Sequence record: SRR31156797_632
Strand: one strand, 5' to 3'
Length of the DNA stretch: 57,618 bases
The notes under the pieces are model-generated. The model was not told where the DNA came from and ran no database searches. It was given only the letters and a program-made list of their open reading frames with translations. Shown here in pieces: positions 38,593 through 48,726 of this stretch (positions are counted from its first letter, which is position 1; each line of letters starts with the position of its first letter). The position numbers were made by a program, and so were the translations under genes.

Positions 38593-39855
38593 ATGAACAT
38601 ACAAAAATCGTGGATCACAGTACCAGAACACAGTGACTTTCCACTACAAAATATACCTTTCGGAGTAGTCAAAAAAGAAGATGGCTCAATTGTCAATGCT
38701 ACTATTATCGGCACTACGGTAATAGATTTGGCTGCACTATATGAATTAGGATATTTATCAACCCTGAGCATTAAAGAAAATGTATTTGCTAATGCTACAC
38801 TAAATGAATTTATATCGCTTAGCAAAGATAAATGGCAATCACTGCGGAACCGAATCATTGAACTATTTGAAGCATCAAATACCGAGCTTCAGCAAAACGA
38901 CATGCACAAAAAACAGGTTTTAATTCCTGTCACAAGTGTCGAAAATCTATTGCCTGTTGAAGTGGGCGATTACACTGACTTTTACTCTAGTGAAGAACAC
39001 GCCACCAATGTTGGAACCATGTTTCGCGATCCTAAAAACGCATTGCTCCCCAACTGGAAACATATTCCGGTAGGTTACCATGGTCGTAGTTCATCGATTG
39101 TGGTTTCAGGCACAAACATACACCGACCCATGGGCCAAACCAAACCAAAAGATGCAGATAATCCTATATTTGGTCCGACCAAACTATTCGATTTTGAACT
39201 GGAAATGGCATTCGTAACCGGAGCAAAAACCAATTTGGGAGATCGAATTGCAGTGGAAAACGCCGATGATGCTATTTTTGGCATATTACTCTTTAATGAT
39301 CTATCTGCCAGAGATATGCAAGCATGGGAATACGTACCATTAGGACCTTTTTTGGCTAAAAGTTTTGGTTCGGTAGTTTCGCCATGGATTGTAACACTTG
39401 ATGCCCTTGCCCCTTTCAAAACTAAGGGACGTAAGCAAGAACCGGAAGTATTACCATATTTGAAAACCAAAGGAGATTATCACTACGATATCAATCTGGA
39501 GGTATACATTCAACCGGAAAACGGAGAAGAAGACCTTGTGTGCGAATCAAATATGAAATACCTTTACTGGAGTATGAACCAACAATTGGCACACCAAACG
39601 GTAAACGGATGTAATATAAACGTGGGCGACATGTATGCTTCGGGAACCATCAGTGGACCTGATAAAAAATCATACGGCTCAATGCTGGAACTCACATGGC
39701 GTGGATCAGAGCCCATCAAGCTATCCAATGGTGAAGAACGTAAATTCATCAACGATAATGATTCAATCATCATGCGTGGATTTGCCGAAAAAGATGGCTT
39801 GCGCATAGGATTTGGTGAGAGCAGAACCAAAGTATTACCTGCAAAAGATTTTTAA
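38593..39855 (+). CDS. fahA: Fumarylacetoacetase
   Basis: DFPLQNIPFG, GDYTDFYSSEEHA, PVGYHGRSSS, DFELE, NDLSARD.Q.WEYVPLGPF, SGTISG. Confidence 0.96.
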   Translation: MNIQKSWITVPEHSDFPLQNIPFGVVKKEDGSIVNATIIGTTVIDLAALYELGYLSTLSIKENVFANATLNEFISLSKDKWQSLRNRIIELFEASNTELQQNDMHKKQVLIPVTSVENLLPVEVGDYTDFYSSEEHATNVGTMFRDPKNALLPNWKHIPVGYHGRSSSIVVSGTNIHRPMGQTKPKDADNPIFGPTKLFDFELEMAFVTGAKTNLGDRIAVENADDAIFGILLFNDLSARDMQAWEYVPLGPFLAKSFGSVVSPWIVTLDALAPFKTKGRKQEPEVLPYLKTKGDYHYDINLEVYIQPENGEEDLVCESNMKYLYWSMNQQLAHQTVNGCNINVGDMYASGTISGPDKKSYGSMLELTWRGSEPIKLSNGEERKFINDNDSIIMRGFAEKDGLRIGFGESRTKVLPAKDF

Positions 39856-39856
39856 A

Positions 39857-40717
39857 ATGAAACATATCAATCCCAAAGATATTCCAGTACCGGAGTTATT
39901 TGCCACCCTCTTAGGTGCAATAGCTCCTCGTCCTATTGCATTCGTAAGTACAGTAGATGAAAAAGGGAACCACAATTTGGCCCCTTTTAGCTTTTTTAAC
40001 ATGTTTGGAGCCAACCCTCCAACCATTGTGTTTTCGCCATCGCGGAAAGGGCGTGACAATACTACTAAACACACTTACGAAAATGTAAAAATCATTCCGG
40101 AAGCAGTCGTTAACGTCGTAAATTACGAAATGGTGCACCAAACAAGCCTCTCAAGCAATGATTTCCCACGCGACGTAAGCGAATTTGAAAAGGCAGGTTT
40201 CACGCCAATTGAAAGTGAATTGGTTAAACCAATGCGAGTTAAAGAATCGCCTGTGCAAATGGAATGCAAAGTAGTACAAGTTATAGAAACCGGGGATCAG
40301 GCCTCGGCTGGCAATTTAGTGATTTGTGAAATTATCAAAATACACATAAAAGAAGATATTTTAACTCCAGAGGGAAAAATAAATCAACACAAAATTGATT
40401 TAGTTGGTCGGCTAGGAGGAAACTATTATTGCAGAGCTTCAGGGAGTGCTTTATTTGAAGTAGCCAAACCCGGAGCAACTCCAGGCATGGGCGTTGACAG
40501 CTTACCAGAAAATGTAAGAAACAGTAAGATTTTAACTGGGAATGACCTTGGCCAATTGGGCAGCTTAAAACACCTCCCAACTCAACATGAAATTGAAGAA
40601 GCTAAAAATGATGAACAATATCTTAAAGTAAAAAATGATGAAATAAAGGTTCACCTATTAGCCCAGGAGCTCATAGGTCAAGGTGAATTAGTAAAAGCTT
40701 ATTCTATTTTAATGTAA
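39857..40717 (+). CDS. Flavin reductase family (DIM6/NTAB) protein with C-terminal extension
   Basis: APRPIAFVST, NLAPFSFFN, KHT..N, V.ESPVQMEC, GRLGGNYY; starts 1 nt after the fahA stop. Confidence 0.9.
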   Translation: MKHINPKDIPVPELFATLLGAIAPRPIAFVSTVDEKGNHNLAPFSFFNMFGANPPTIVFSPSRKGRDNTTKHTYENVKIIPEAVVNVVNYEMVHQTSLSSNDFPRDVSEFEKAGFTPIESELVKPMRVKESPVQMECKVVQVIETGDQASAGNLVICEIIKIHIKEDILTPEGKINQHKIDLVGRLGGNYYCRASGSALFEVAKPGATPGMGVDSLPENVRNSKILTGNDLGQLGSLKHLPTQHEIEEAKNDEQYLKVKNDEIKVHLLAQELIGQGELVKAYSILM

Positions 40718-40767
40718 AGTTTTAACGAAAGATGCTATTTTTATACCCATAAGAATAGTATCTTTTT

Positions 40768-41706
40768 ATGATCAAATTGCATGCTTCACCCTTGCAGGGC
40801 TTTACTGACTTTAGATTTAGAAATGCCTTTCACAAGTATTTCGATGGCATAGACTATTATTATGCTCCATATATTCGATTGGGTGGAAAGCTTGAGATTA
40901 AAAAGAAAGACCTCCTGGATATTGATCCCGAAAACAACAAGGGTTTAAAACTAATTCCACAAATCATGACTAATGATCCGCTGGAATTCACTTTTGTCGC
41001 CAATCAGGTTAAAAAAATGGGCTACAAGGAGTTAAACTGGAACTTGGGGTGCCCCTATCCTATGGTAGCTAAAAGAAAACTAGGCTCAGGTTTAATTAAA
41101 GATGCCCAAAGAATTGATCGAATATTAAATGATGTTTTTTCTAGCACTGATATTCAAATAAGTATTAAAATTCGACTTGGCTACGAGCAGCCTAATGAGA
41201 TTATCGGAGCCTTAAAGGTTCTCGAAAATCATCCGGTTAAAAATATTGCCATACATCCTCGTATTGGCAAGCAGCTTTACAAAGAAGATGTAGATTTAGT
41301 TGCTTTTAAGGAGACGCTACAAAACACAACTCACACTGTGATATTCAATGGTGATATTTCATCTGTCAACGAATTAAGAATGCTTCAAAGCCGCTTTCCT
41401 CAAATTGGACATTGGATGATTGGTCGTGGATTAATTGCTGACCCATTTTTACCTTCTATGATAAAAGCTGATGATGCTCACCATCCACCTCATCGCATTG
41501 AAATATTCTCAAAATTTCATGATACATTGATGGAGACCTATCAGCAACAACTATCGGGCGATGCACATCTTATTATGAAAATGCATCAATTTTGGGAATA
41601 CTTTATCCATTCGTTCCCCGGAAAAATTAAAATGCTTAAAAAAATTAAGAAATCACGCAAAATTGCAACCTACCAAAAAGCCGTTCTGGAAATTCTACAC
41701 AACTAA
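40768..41706 (+). CDS. tRNA-dihydrouridine synthase family protein
   Basis: SPLQGFTD, NWNLGCP, GSGL, KIRLG, HPR, NGDI, MIGRG. Confidence 0.9.
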   Translation: MIKLHASPLQGFTDFRFRNAFHKYFDGIDYYYAPYIRLGGKLEIKKKDLLDIDPENNKGLKLIPQIMTNDPLEFTFVANQVKKMGYKELNWNLGCPYPMVAKRKLGSGLIKDAQRIDRILNDVFSSTDIQISIKIRLGYEQPNEIIGALKVLENHPVKNIAIHPRIGKQLYKEDVDLVAFKETLQNTTHTVIFNGDISSVNELRMLQSRFPQIGHWMIGRGLIADPFLPSMIKADDAHHPPHRIEIFSKFHDTLMETYQQQLSGDAHLIMKMHQFWEYFIHSFPGKIKMLKKIKKSRKIATYQKAVLEILHN

Positions 41707-41707
41707 C

Positions 41708-43702
41708 TTATTTCAAGTAAGTTCTTAGTATTTGCTCCAATAACTCCTCATCAATTGGTTTTGAAAAAAAATCATCGCACCCGGCAGCAAAAGCTTTATC
41801 CCTGTCTTCTTTTGTTGAATAGGCTGTTTGAGCAACAATAGGTAAATCTCTAAACATTTTCTTAATTTCCTTTGTAGCTTCATAGCCGTCTACTTCTGGC
41901 ATTTTTATATCCATTAACACCAATGAGATGTCTGGATTTTGTTTACATATTTCAATAGCTTCTTTACCATCCTTTGCATGTATTGTTTTACAACCCATAC
42001 AAAACTGCTCTTTTATTAAGGTTTCGATAAACAAAAAATTAATCTCTTCATCTTCGGCAATTAATATAATTGGTGTTTTTTGCTGATCGCCTTCTCCCTT
42101 CTTTGTAGCACATTGAATTTCAGCAGATTGTATAAATGGAAGCTTCAATGTGAAAACAGAGCCTACACCCAATTCTGATTCCAGTTCAATGGTTCCACCT
42201 AGAAGTACAGTATTTTCTTTGGCTATTGATAGTCCCAAACCCAATCCCCCAACATTTTTGGCAATATCAATATTATTACGGGCAAACCGCTCAAAAATTA
42301 TCTTTTGTTTTACCTTGGGAATGCCAATACCAGTATCTTTTACATAAATATTTAACCGTTCATCAATAATCCTATATCCCAACTCCACATGTCCCTTATT
42401 GGTATATTTGAAAGCATTTTCCAGTAAATTACTCAGCACTTTTTTAAGTTTACTTTCATCTGTCTGAATTACACTTTCTTCATCTTTGAGTGATTTGATC
42501 AAGTACAAAGGGGTATTATTCTCTTTGGCTTTTCCATCAAACACAGAAAACAATTCCAATAATAAATCATTCAGGCACACATCTCGAGTTACCAGTTTCA
42601 CTTGTTGGGTATTCAGCTGTGAGATTTCAATAATATCATCTATAATTCGCAATAACTGTTTCCCGCTATTATTAACAATATTTATATAATGCGTACGCTT
42701 TTCTACAGATAAATCCTCCTTATTTAATAATTTACTGAATCCCATAATGCCATTCATTGGTGTCCGAATCTCATGTGACATATTGTTAATAAACTCTGTT
42801 TTAAGCTTACTGCTCTCCTCTGCTTTTTCTTTTGCACGAATTAATTCTTCTTCCCTCATCTTTTCATGTGTCACATTCCGACCAAAAAATGAAGCTCCAA
42901 TAACTTTTCCGTCACTCAGAATTGGATTAAAAGAAATTTGTATATATACATAGCTTTTAATATCTGTCTGCACCTTATCTTCTATATAAAACTTTTCATT
43001 GTTAAGCACACGTGTATAACGCTCGCGGTAAATTGGTTGAATGACTTTGGGTAAATGCGCTACCACATCATCGCCAACCTTAAGTTCATAACCGAATGAT
43101 TGTTTAAAATCTTCTTTAAATCTATTATTGATAAAAGTTAATTTATAATCTGTATCAATTGCCCAAATGCTATCGTCCGTATTTTCAATAATGGCATTTA
43201 TATTCGCGATATTTTTGCTGGATTTTTCTCTCTCACTTTTTAGTCTTAGCTCTATTAATTTCTGATCAGTAATATCATGATGGGCACCCAGCATTCTAAT
43301 GGGTTTTCCCGCTTCATCTCTAATAGCAATTCCCCTACACTTAATCCAAACAGTATACCCTTCTGCATGGTTGTACCTGATAACTTGTTCGTATAATTTA
43401 GAAGGGTCTTTCAAATGTTCTCCCACCAGCTTATGAGCTTGCTGTAGATCATCTTGATTAATAATTGATTGCCAGGCCGATGGTGAATGTGCCATTTTCT
43501 TTGGGTCATATCCTAGAACTTGCCAAAACTTCTCGTTCATCCATTCATGATCCGGATTTTCAAGATCCCAATACCACATGCCGTCCAACGATGACTGTTG
43601 AATAAAATCAAAAATGGAATCATCGGATTTGATTAAATCATACAATTCTTTTCTCAAATAATGATCATCTTTAGGACTATCCATAATGCTGTAATTTACC
43701 AT
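41708..43702 (-). CDS. Cytoplasmic hybrid histidine kinase (PAS-PAS-HisKA-HATPase-REC)
   Basis: DGMWYWD PAS, SHEIRTPMNG, NLLENAFKYT, GLGLGL, LMDIKMP, KP. Confidence 0.93.
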   Translation of the reverse strand: MVNYSIMDSPKDDHYLRKELYDLIKSDDSIFDFIQQSSLDGMWYWDLENPDHEWMNEKFWQVLGYDPKKMAHSPSAWQSIINQDDLQQAHKLVGEHLKDPSKLYEQVIRYNHAEGYTVWIKCRGIAIRDEAGKPIRMLGAHHDITDQKLIELRLKSEREKSSKNIANINAIIENTDDSIWAIDTDYKLTFINNRFKEDFKQSFGYELKVGDDVVAHLPKVIQPIYRERYTRVLNNEKFYIEDKVQTDIKSYVYIQISFNPILSDGKVIGASFFGRNVTHEKMREEELIRAKEKAEESSKLKTEFINNMSHEIRTPMNGIMGFSKLLNKEDLSVEKRTHYINIVNNSGKQLLRIIDDIIEISQLNTQQVKLVTRDVCLNDLLLELFSVFDGKAKENNTPLYLIKSLKDEESVIQTDESKLKKVLSNLLENAFKYTNKGHVELGYRIIDERLNIYVKDTGIGIPKVKQKIIFERFARNNIDIAKNVGGLGLGLSIAKENTVLLGGTIELESELGVGSVFTLKLPFIQSAEIQCATKKGEGDQQKTPIILIAEDEEINFLFIETLIKEQFCMGCKTIHAKDGKEAIEICKQNPDISLVLMDIKMPEVDGYEATKEIKKMFRDLPIVAQTAYSTKEDRDKAFAAGCDDFFSKPIDEELLEQILRTYLK

Positions 43703-43806
43703 TCATCATAAGACAATACAATTTACGTAATTTATAACATAACAGGAAATATTTAATTTTATCAACATATACATTTTAATTGTATCTTTCATTTTAAAAA
43801 TTGATT

Positions 43807-44427
43807 ATGCGAATAATTAAGTTAATAATTTTTGGTTTTTTGTTAATAAGCGTCCTTATAAGCTGCGAATCAAAACAAGTGCAATTCTCTGAAGATCAAA
43901 TTGCATTAATTATGGCAGATACAGGAGCAATGCGAGTTTGGCAAATTACAAATTCTAAAGATTCTATTTTACTCCGACAAAAAAGTGATCGCGTAGTGCC
44001 TGATACTACGGATGAAGTGCTACAAACAATGATTCATCGGCTTTATAAAACTGTAACTGATAGTATCTCACTTGGAGTAGGTATCTCCGCTCCTCAAGTT
44101 GGTATACTGAAACAAATAATTTGGGTGCAACGATTTGACAAGAAAGGCGTTCCATTCGAAGTCTATCTCAATCCAAAAATCAAACAATATTCAAAACTCA
44201 CACAGGAATGCCGTGAAGGTTGTTTATCAATTCCCGACAGAATTGATACACTCAATTCACGTGCTTATGCAATACTAATTGAATATTATACCCAACAGGG
44301 CGAGTACAAAATTGAAATGATTGAGGATTTTACAGCTGTCATTTTTCAGCACGAAATTGATCATCTGAACGGAATATTGTATACTGATCATTTGAAAGAG
44401 GACATGATGCAAGCTTACAATAATTAA
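43807..44427 (+). CDS. def: Peptide deformylase with N-terminal lipoprotein signal
   Basis: GVGISAPQVG, EGCLS, QHEIDHLNG; N-terminus MRIIKLIIFGFLLISVLIS-C. Confidence 0.88.
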   Translation: MRIIKLIIFGFLLISVLISCESKQVQFSEDQIALIMADTGAMRVWQITNSKDSILLRQKSDRVVPDTTDEVLQTMIHRLYKTVTDSISLGVGISAPQVGILKQIIWVQRFDKKGVPFEVYLNPKIKQYSKLTQECREGCLSIPDRIDTLNSRAYAILIEYYTQQGEYKIEMIEDFTAVIFQHEIDHLNGILYTDHLKEDMMQAYNN

Positions 44428-44438
44428 AGTACAAAATT

Positions 44439-45491
44439 ATGAAGATTGATCCACATTTAGAACAAATGGTTAATAATGAGCAGCTAGTGGGAATATTGAA
44501 TACCATTTTTGATGGCATATACATTACAGATGTGGGTCGCAATATTGTTTTTTGGAATAAAGGAGCAGAACAAATTACAGGTTACAAAGCTGAGGAGGTA
44601 ATGCACAAAAGGTGTTCAGCAAACATATTAAACCACATTGATGAAAATGGAAAATTACTTTGCCAGGCAGAATGTCCATTAACCAATTGTATCAAAAAAG
44701 ATACAACAGTCAAAGAAAAAGTCTACCCCAAACACAAAAGCGATAGAAGGTTTCCGGTATTTACGCATGTAGCGCCCTTAAAAAACGATAAAGGTAAAAT
44801 AGTTGGTGCAATTGAAGTTTTCAGAGATATTTCCAAAGAAGAAGATTACAAAATTCTGCAGGAAAAATTCAACACTTTTGTAAAACGATTTATTTCTAAG
44901 AACACCTATGATGAAATTGTGAGTCAGGTTACCGAAGGTAAATCAGAAATGAATGAATTAAAAGACCTCACAATCCTATACCTTGATATTGTTAATTTTA
45001 CTACTATTTCAGAACCTCTATCACCCAACGAAGTAGCTGACTTGCTCAACAATTTGTTTGGCATATGTGATGTCATTACCCGCGAATTCTATGGTGATAT
45101 CGACAAATTTATTGGAGATTCTATTATGGCTACCTTCATAGATGCCAATGATGCTGTAGGGGCAGCGCTTAAAATTGTAGAAGCATTAAAACATTTCAAC
45201 AAAGATTATACACTGAAAAGCAATTCAGAAATCAAACTGCACATTGGAATAAACAGCGGAACGGTTGTACAGGTTGAAGTGGGCACAAAAGATCGTAAAG
45301 ACTTTACCGTAATTGGAGATGTAGTAAACACTGCAGCGCGTATTCAAAGTATTGCAGAACCAAATATTGTTTTTATTTCCGAATCCACATTAGCAAGATT
45401 AGACCAAAAAGACAGTTTTTTATTTGCAGGCGAAAAGGAATTAAAAGGGAAAAAGGAGAAGGTGAAGGTTTATAAACATAATTCCAGATAG
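44439..45491 (+). CDS. PAS-domain class III adenylate/guanylate cyclase
   Basis: PAS (WNKGAEQITGY), LDIVNFT, DKFIGD, HIGINSG, DFTVIGDVVNTAAR. Confidence 0.92.
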   Translation: MKIDPHLEQMVNNEQLVGILNTIFDGIYITDVGRNIVFWNKGAEQITGYKAEEVMHKRCSANILNHIDENGKLLCQAECPLTNCIKKDTTVKEKVYPKHKSDRRFPVFTHVAPLKNDKGKIVGAIEVFRDISKEEDYKILQEKFNTFVKRFISKNTYDEIVSQVTEGKSEMNELKDLTILYLDIVNFTTISEPLSPNEVADLLNNLFGICDVITREFYGDIDKFIGDSIMATFIDANDAVGAALKIVEALKHFNKDYTLKSNSEIKLHIGINSGTVVQVEVGTKDRKDFTVIGDVVNTAARIQSIAEPNIVFISESTLARLDQKDSFLFAGEKELKGKKEKVKVYKHNSR

Positions 45492-45554
45492 ATCAATTTA
45501 TTGGTTTAAAAATAATAGATATTTTACTATTTTTATCAGCCTAAATTTATAGCT

Positions 45555-46307
45555 ATGAGGGTAGTATTTTTTTTCACGTTGATTATTATTTGGGGAAACA
45601 TAGTTGCAAACCCATATGATTTAAGACCTAAAAAAGATAACAATTCGGTTCTTCTTTCAAATAGCCAAAATCAGTTTGTAAGTTTACTAAATCTCCAAAA
45701 GAAACGGTCTAAATACATAATTTGGGGATTATCCGCGGATTTACACCAAACTATTCTGAATGAAACATCTTCAAAAAGTTTTAATCCTGAGGTGTCATTT
45801 TCTATAGATGCTTTTCTCCAATTTGAACGCTTTTATTATGGGTTATTTCTAACATTTTCAGATATTACAGCAAAAAAAGACATTACTATTGATGAGTCAA
45901 CAAATACTTCAATTGCCAAGGAGAGCAATGTGGAATATTCAATAAATTTATTAAAAATGGGGTATTCTGTAATTTTTAAAGAACACTTTAGATTAATTCC
46001 ATTCATACATGTAGGAATTGGAGAATTATACGCTTTAAATTACAATACGGGTAATATTAATAGTGACAAAAAGCTATTTGTAAATTTCACCAGCGGCTTT
46101 GGAATAAAAACCCATTACATAATTTATCAGTCTAAAAAACACAAACAACATGGAATATATTATTTACCAACAACAATAGGAATTAAATTTGACGCTGGTT
46201 ATAACTACCAATTTACAAACATCCAAATACCATTAAAAGGAAATTTGGGATATTTTAGCTTAGGATTATTCGTGGGACGATCATTTGTAAATCAATACAA
46301 ATGGTAA
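45555..46307 (+). CDS. Putative OM beta-barrel protein, paralog 1 of 3
   Basis: Signal peptide; GYSVIF..IPFIHVGIG; FDAGYNYQF; SLGLFVG. Confidence 0.7.
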   Translation: MRVVFFFTLIIIWGNIVANPYDLRPKKDNNSVLLSNSQNQFVSLLNLQKKRSKYIIWGLSADLHQTILNETSSKSFNPEVSFSIDAFLQFERFYYGLFLTFSDITAKKDITIDESTNTSIAKESNVEYSINLLKMGYSVIFKEHFRLIPFIHVGIGELYALNYNTGNINSDKKLFVNFTSGFGIKTHYIIYQSKKHKQHGIYYLPTTIGIKFDAGYNYQFTNIQIPLKGNLGYFSLGLFVGRSFVNQYKW

Positions 46308-46360
46308 AAATTAATAGTCTAAAATGATTTGATATTATATCTAATAAAAATAAAATTGTA

Positions 46361-47107
46361 ATGAAACATCTACTTACATTAACTCTAATTATTCTTTCCT
46401 CAACGATATTCTCAAATCCATTGGTTACGGGGCTTGAAGGTTATGAGAAATTGACACTAACATCTGAAGGTTATCAAAAACAATATCAACGTTTTTCGCC
46501 ATTTAAGAAAAGAAGTAACCTAAAATATGGAATGGTCGGGTTTTCAGGAGGTGTTTCTTTTTTAACGCCAACCGGAAATTCCTATAATAATTTCACTACA
46601 GAGCCAAGCCATATCTTTGAGTTTTTATTACAATACAACAAGCTTTTTATGGGTGTCTCAGGTTCAACACCCGTTTTGAAAGCAAGAAAAAACACCTTCC
46701 AGAATGAAACTAATAATATACTTATTGAAGAAGGTGATGAAATAAACTATAATTGGGTTTTATTTAAATTTGGATATAGTGCCATATTTAAAGATAAATT
46801 TCGATTGACACCTTATATTCACTATGGTATTGGAGATTTTGATTCTAAAAGTATAGATTCGGAAGAAGAAATTAAAGATGACGTCATTTATTCTGGATTG
46901 ACTTTCGGAGGTGGGATAAAGGCTCAATATATAATTGTAGAAACCAAACCAATGAATATTTATAATAATTTAATACCGGGCACAGTTGGAATCAATTTTG
47001 ATGCAGGTTACAATTACCAATTTGCTGATTATTCTTTGCCATTTAAAGAGCATACTTTTTACGCAAGTTTAGGAATATTTGTAGGATTCTCATTTAAAAA
47101 CAGGTAA
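46361..47107 (+). CDS. Putative OM beta-barrel protein, paralog 2 of 3
   Basis: Signal peptide; GYSAIF..TPYIHYGIG; FDAGYNYQF; SLGIFVG. Confidence 0.7.
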   Translation: MKHLLTLTLIILSSTIFSNPLVTGLEGYEKLTLTSEGYQKQYQRFSPFKKRSNLKYGMVGFSGGVSFLTPTGNSYNNFTTEPSHIFEFLLQYNKLFMGVSGSTPVLKARKNTFQNETNNILIEEGDEINYNWVLFKFGYSAIFKDKFRLTPYIHYGIGDFDSKSIDSEEEIKDDVIYSGLTFGGGIKAQYIIVETKPMNIYNNLIPGTVGINFDAGYNYQFADYSLPFKEHTFYASLGIFVGFSFKNR

Positions 47108-47171
47108 TACAAATAGTTGTAAATAATTCTCCCTCCTGCATATTACTTTTTAAAGAAGATATTTTATAAAA

Positions 47172-47924
47172 ATGAAAACTAATAATCTCCTTATTCATTT
47201 ATTTCTCTTTTTGGTTGTAATAAATTCAAAATCATTTGCAATTAATCCTTTAGAAGAAAAAAACGATCTAATATATCGTAAAAACCAAGATCTATATAAT
47301 AAATGGAGTTTATCTACAAATAAAGAAAACCCCAATTATATAATGATAGGATTATCTGGAAAAACTCACTATTTCTTCCCTGTTAATTTATCAAGAGAAA
47401 TCAATAATCCTATTATCGCCCCGTCTTTTGAACTTTTTATTTATTATAATCGATTTCACCTTAGTCTTTCAACAGCATCTTCAAAAATAACAACCAGGGA
47501 GGATATTATATTTAACATCTCTGAAAATGAATATATTGAAGATGGCAGCACACTTAAATATTCACTAGCAACCATTAAAGCAGGTTATAGTGTTATTTTC
47601 AATAACCGAATTAAAGTAATCCCTTATGCTCACTATGGGATTGGTGACCTTTTCACCGACAATTATATAGTAGGAAATGAAAAAAAAACAAAATCAATCT
47701 ATGAAAAGATTTCTGTCGGTACTGGTTTAAAGGCGCAATATTTCATATTTGAAAAAAAACCGGGTAACTACCAAGGTGTATTGGTCCCAAAAACACTTGG
47801 CATTACTCTTGATTTCGGATACAACTATCAATTTTCAAGTATAGCAATTCCTTTCAAAGGTCATATGGGATATATAAGCATCGGAATTTTTGCAGGTTTG
47901 TCATTCAAAAACAATAATAACTAA
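47172..47924 (+). CDS. Putative OM beta-barrel protein, paralog 3 of 3
   Basis: Signal peptide; GYSVIF..IPYAHYGIG; LDFGYNYQF; SIGIFAG. Confidence 0.7.
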   Translation: MKTNNLLIHLFLFLVVINSKSFAINPLEEKNDLIYRKNQDLYNKWSLSTNKENPNYIMIGLSGKTHYFFPVNLSREINNPIIAPSFELFIYYNRFHLSLSTASSKITTREDIIFNISENEYIEDGSTLKYSLATIKAGYSVIFNNRIKVIPYAHYGIGDLFTDNYIVGNEKKTKSIYEKISVGTGLKAQYFIFEKKPGNYQGVLVPKTLGITLDFGYNYQFSSIAIPFKGHMGYISIGIFAGLSFKNNNN

Positions 47925-47926
47925 AT

Positions 47927-48643
47927 CTACACTCCCCTCACCTTCTTCAACTGTTTAATAAAGCCTTTTTCGAGGAAACTATTTTCATCTAATTGGCACA
48001 TTCGCTCATACATAGGCTTTGTCACAGTAAATGCAAGGATATCAGGCGGTAGATACTGACGCATGGCCATATCAGTTGCTCCAATAACAGCTTGTGGTTT
48101 ATCTAAATCCTCAAATAACGAAACAGACAACATACATCCTGATCCGAACGGAGCAATAACAGGCATTGGATCATACTTGGTAGCGAAGTATTGGGCACCT
48201 ATCATTAGCATACTCAACTGATCAGGGTTTACAAAAAAAGTAATGGTCTTAGCAAATTCATAAACCTCCTCTTTCAAAGGTCCGTATAAAAGAAATTCAT
48301 GTTCCGGCTTATATTCATTTGATTCACGAATCCATTCATCCATTAAGGCATGATTGGCTTTAAGGCCTTCTTCATCAGCCAAAAAACTTACAAACTCATC
48401 ATGCGGACGAAGATGTTGATTAAATAAATGCGCAGATGCACCACCGCATCCATAGTTATCTTTGGTTAGGATAACTGTTTTTCCTTCGAGCCATTTATTA
48501 TAAAATGCAAACATACAAGCCCTACCTTGTTTATTTGGAGTTATTGTTGGCTCAAATTGTTTTGTGTCGGGAGCATCATAAAAGGCAATTAATGGAAGCT
48601 CAATACCTGTTTTTTCAAGTAAATAGTTAGGATTTGGATTCAT
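47927..48643 (-). CDS. DUF169 family protein
   Basis: ACM, GCGGA, FFVNPDQLS, PFGSGC, AVIG..D. Confidence 0.75.
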   Translation of the reverse strand: MNPNPNYLLEKTGIELPLIAFYDAPDTKQFEPTITPNKQGRACMFAFYNKWLEGKTVILTKDNYGCGGASAHLFNQHLRPHDEFVSFLADEEGLKANHALMDEWIRESNEYKPEHEFLLYGPLKEEVYEFAKTITFFVNPDQLSMLMIGAQYFATKYDPMPVIAPFGSGCMLSVSLFEDLDKPQAVIGATDMAMRQYLPPDILAFTVTKPMYERMCQLDENSFLEKGFIKQLKKVRGV

Positions 48644-48726
48644 GATAAATTCTAATTAAATGCTTTGTAATTTAATCAGAATTATTTGAAAATTTAATGA
48701 TATGGTTATAAAAATGCTTAAAAGAA

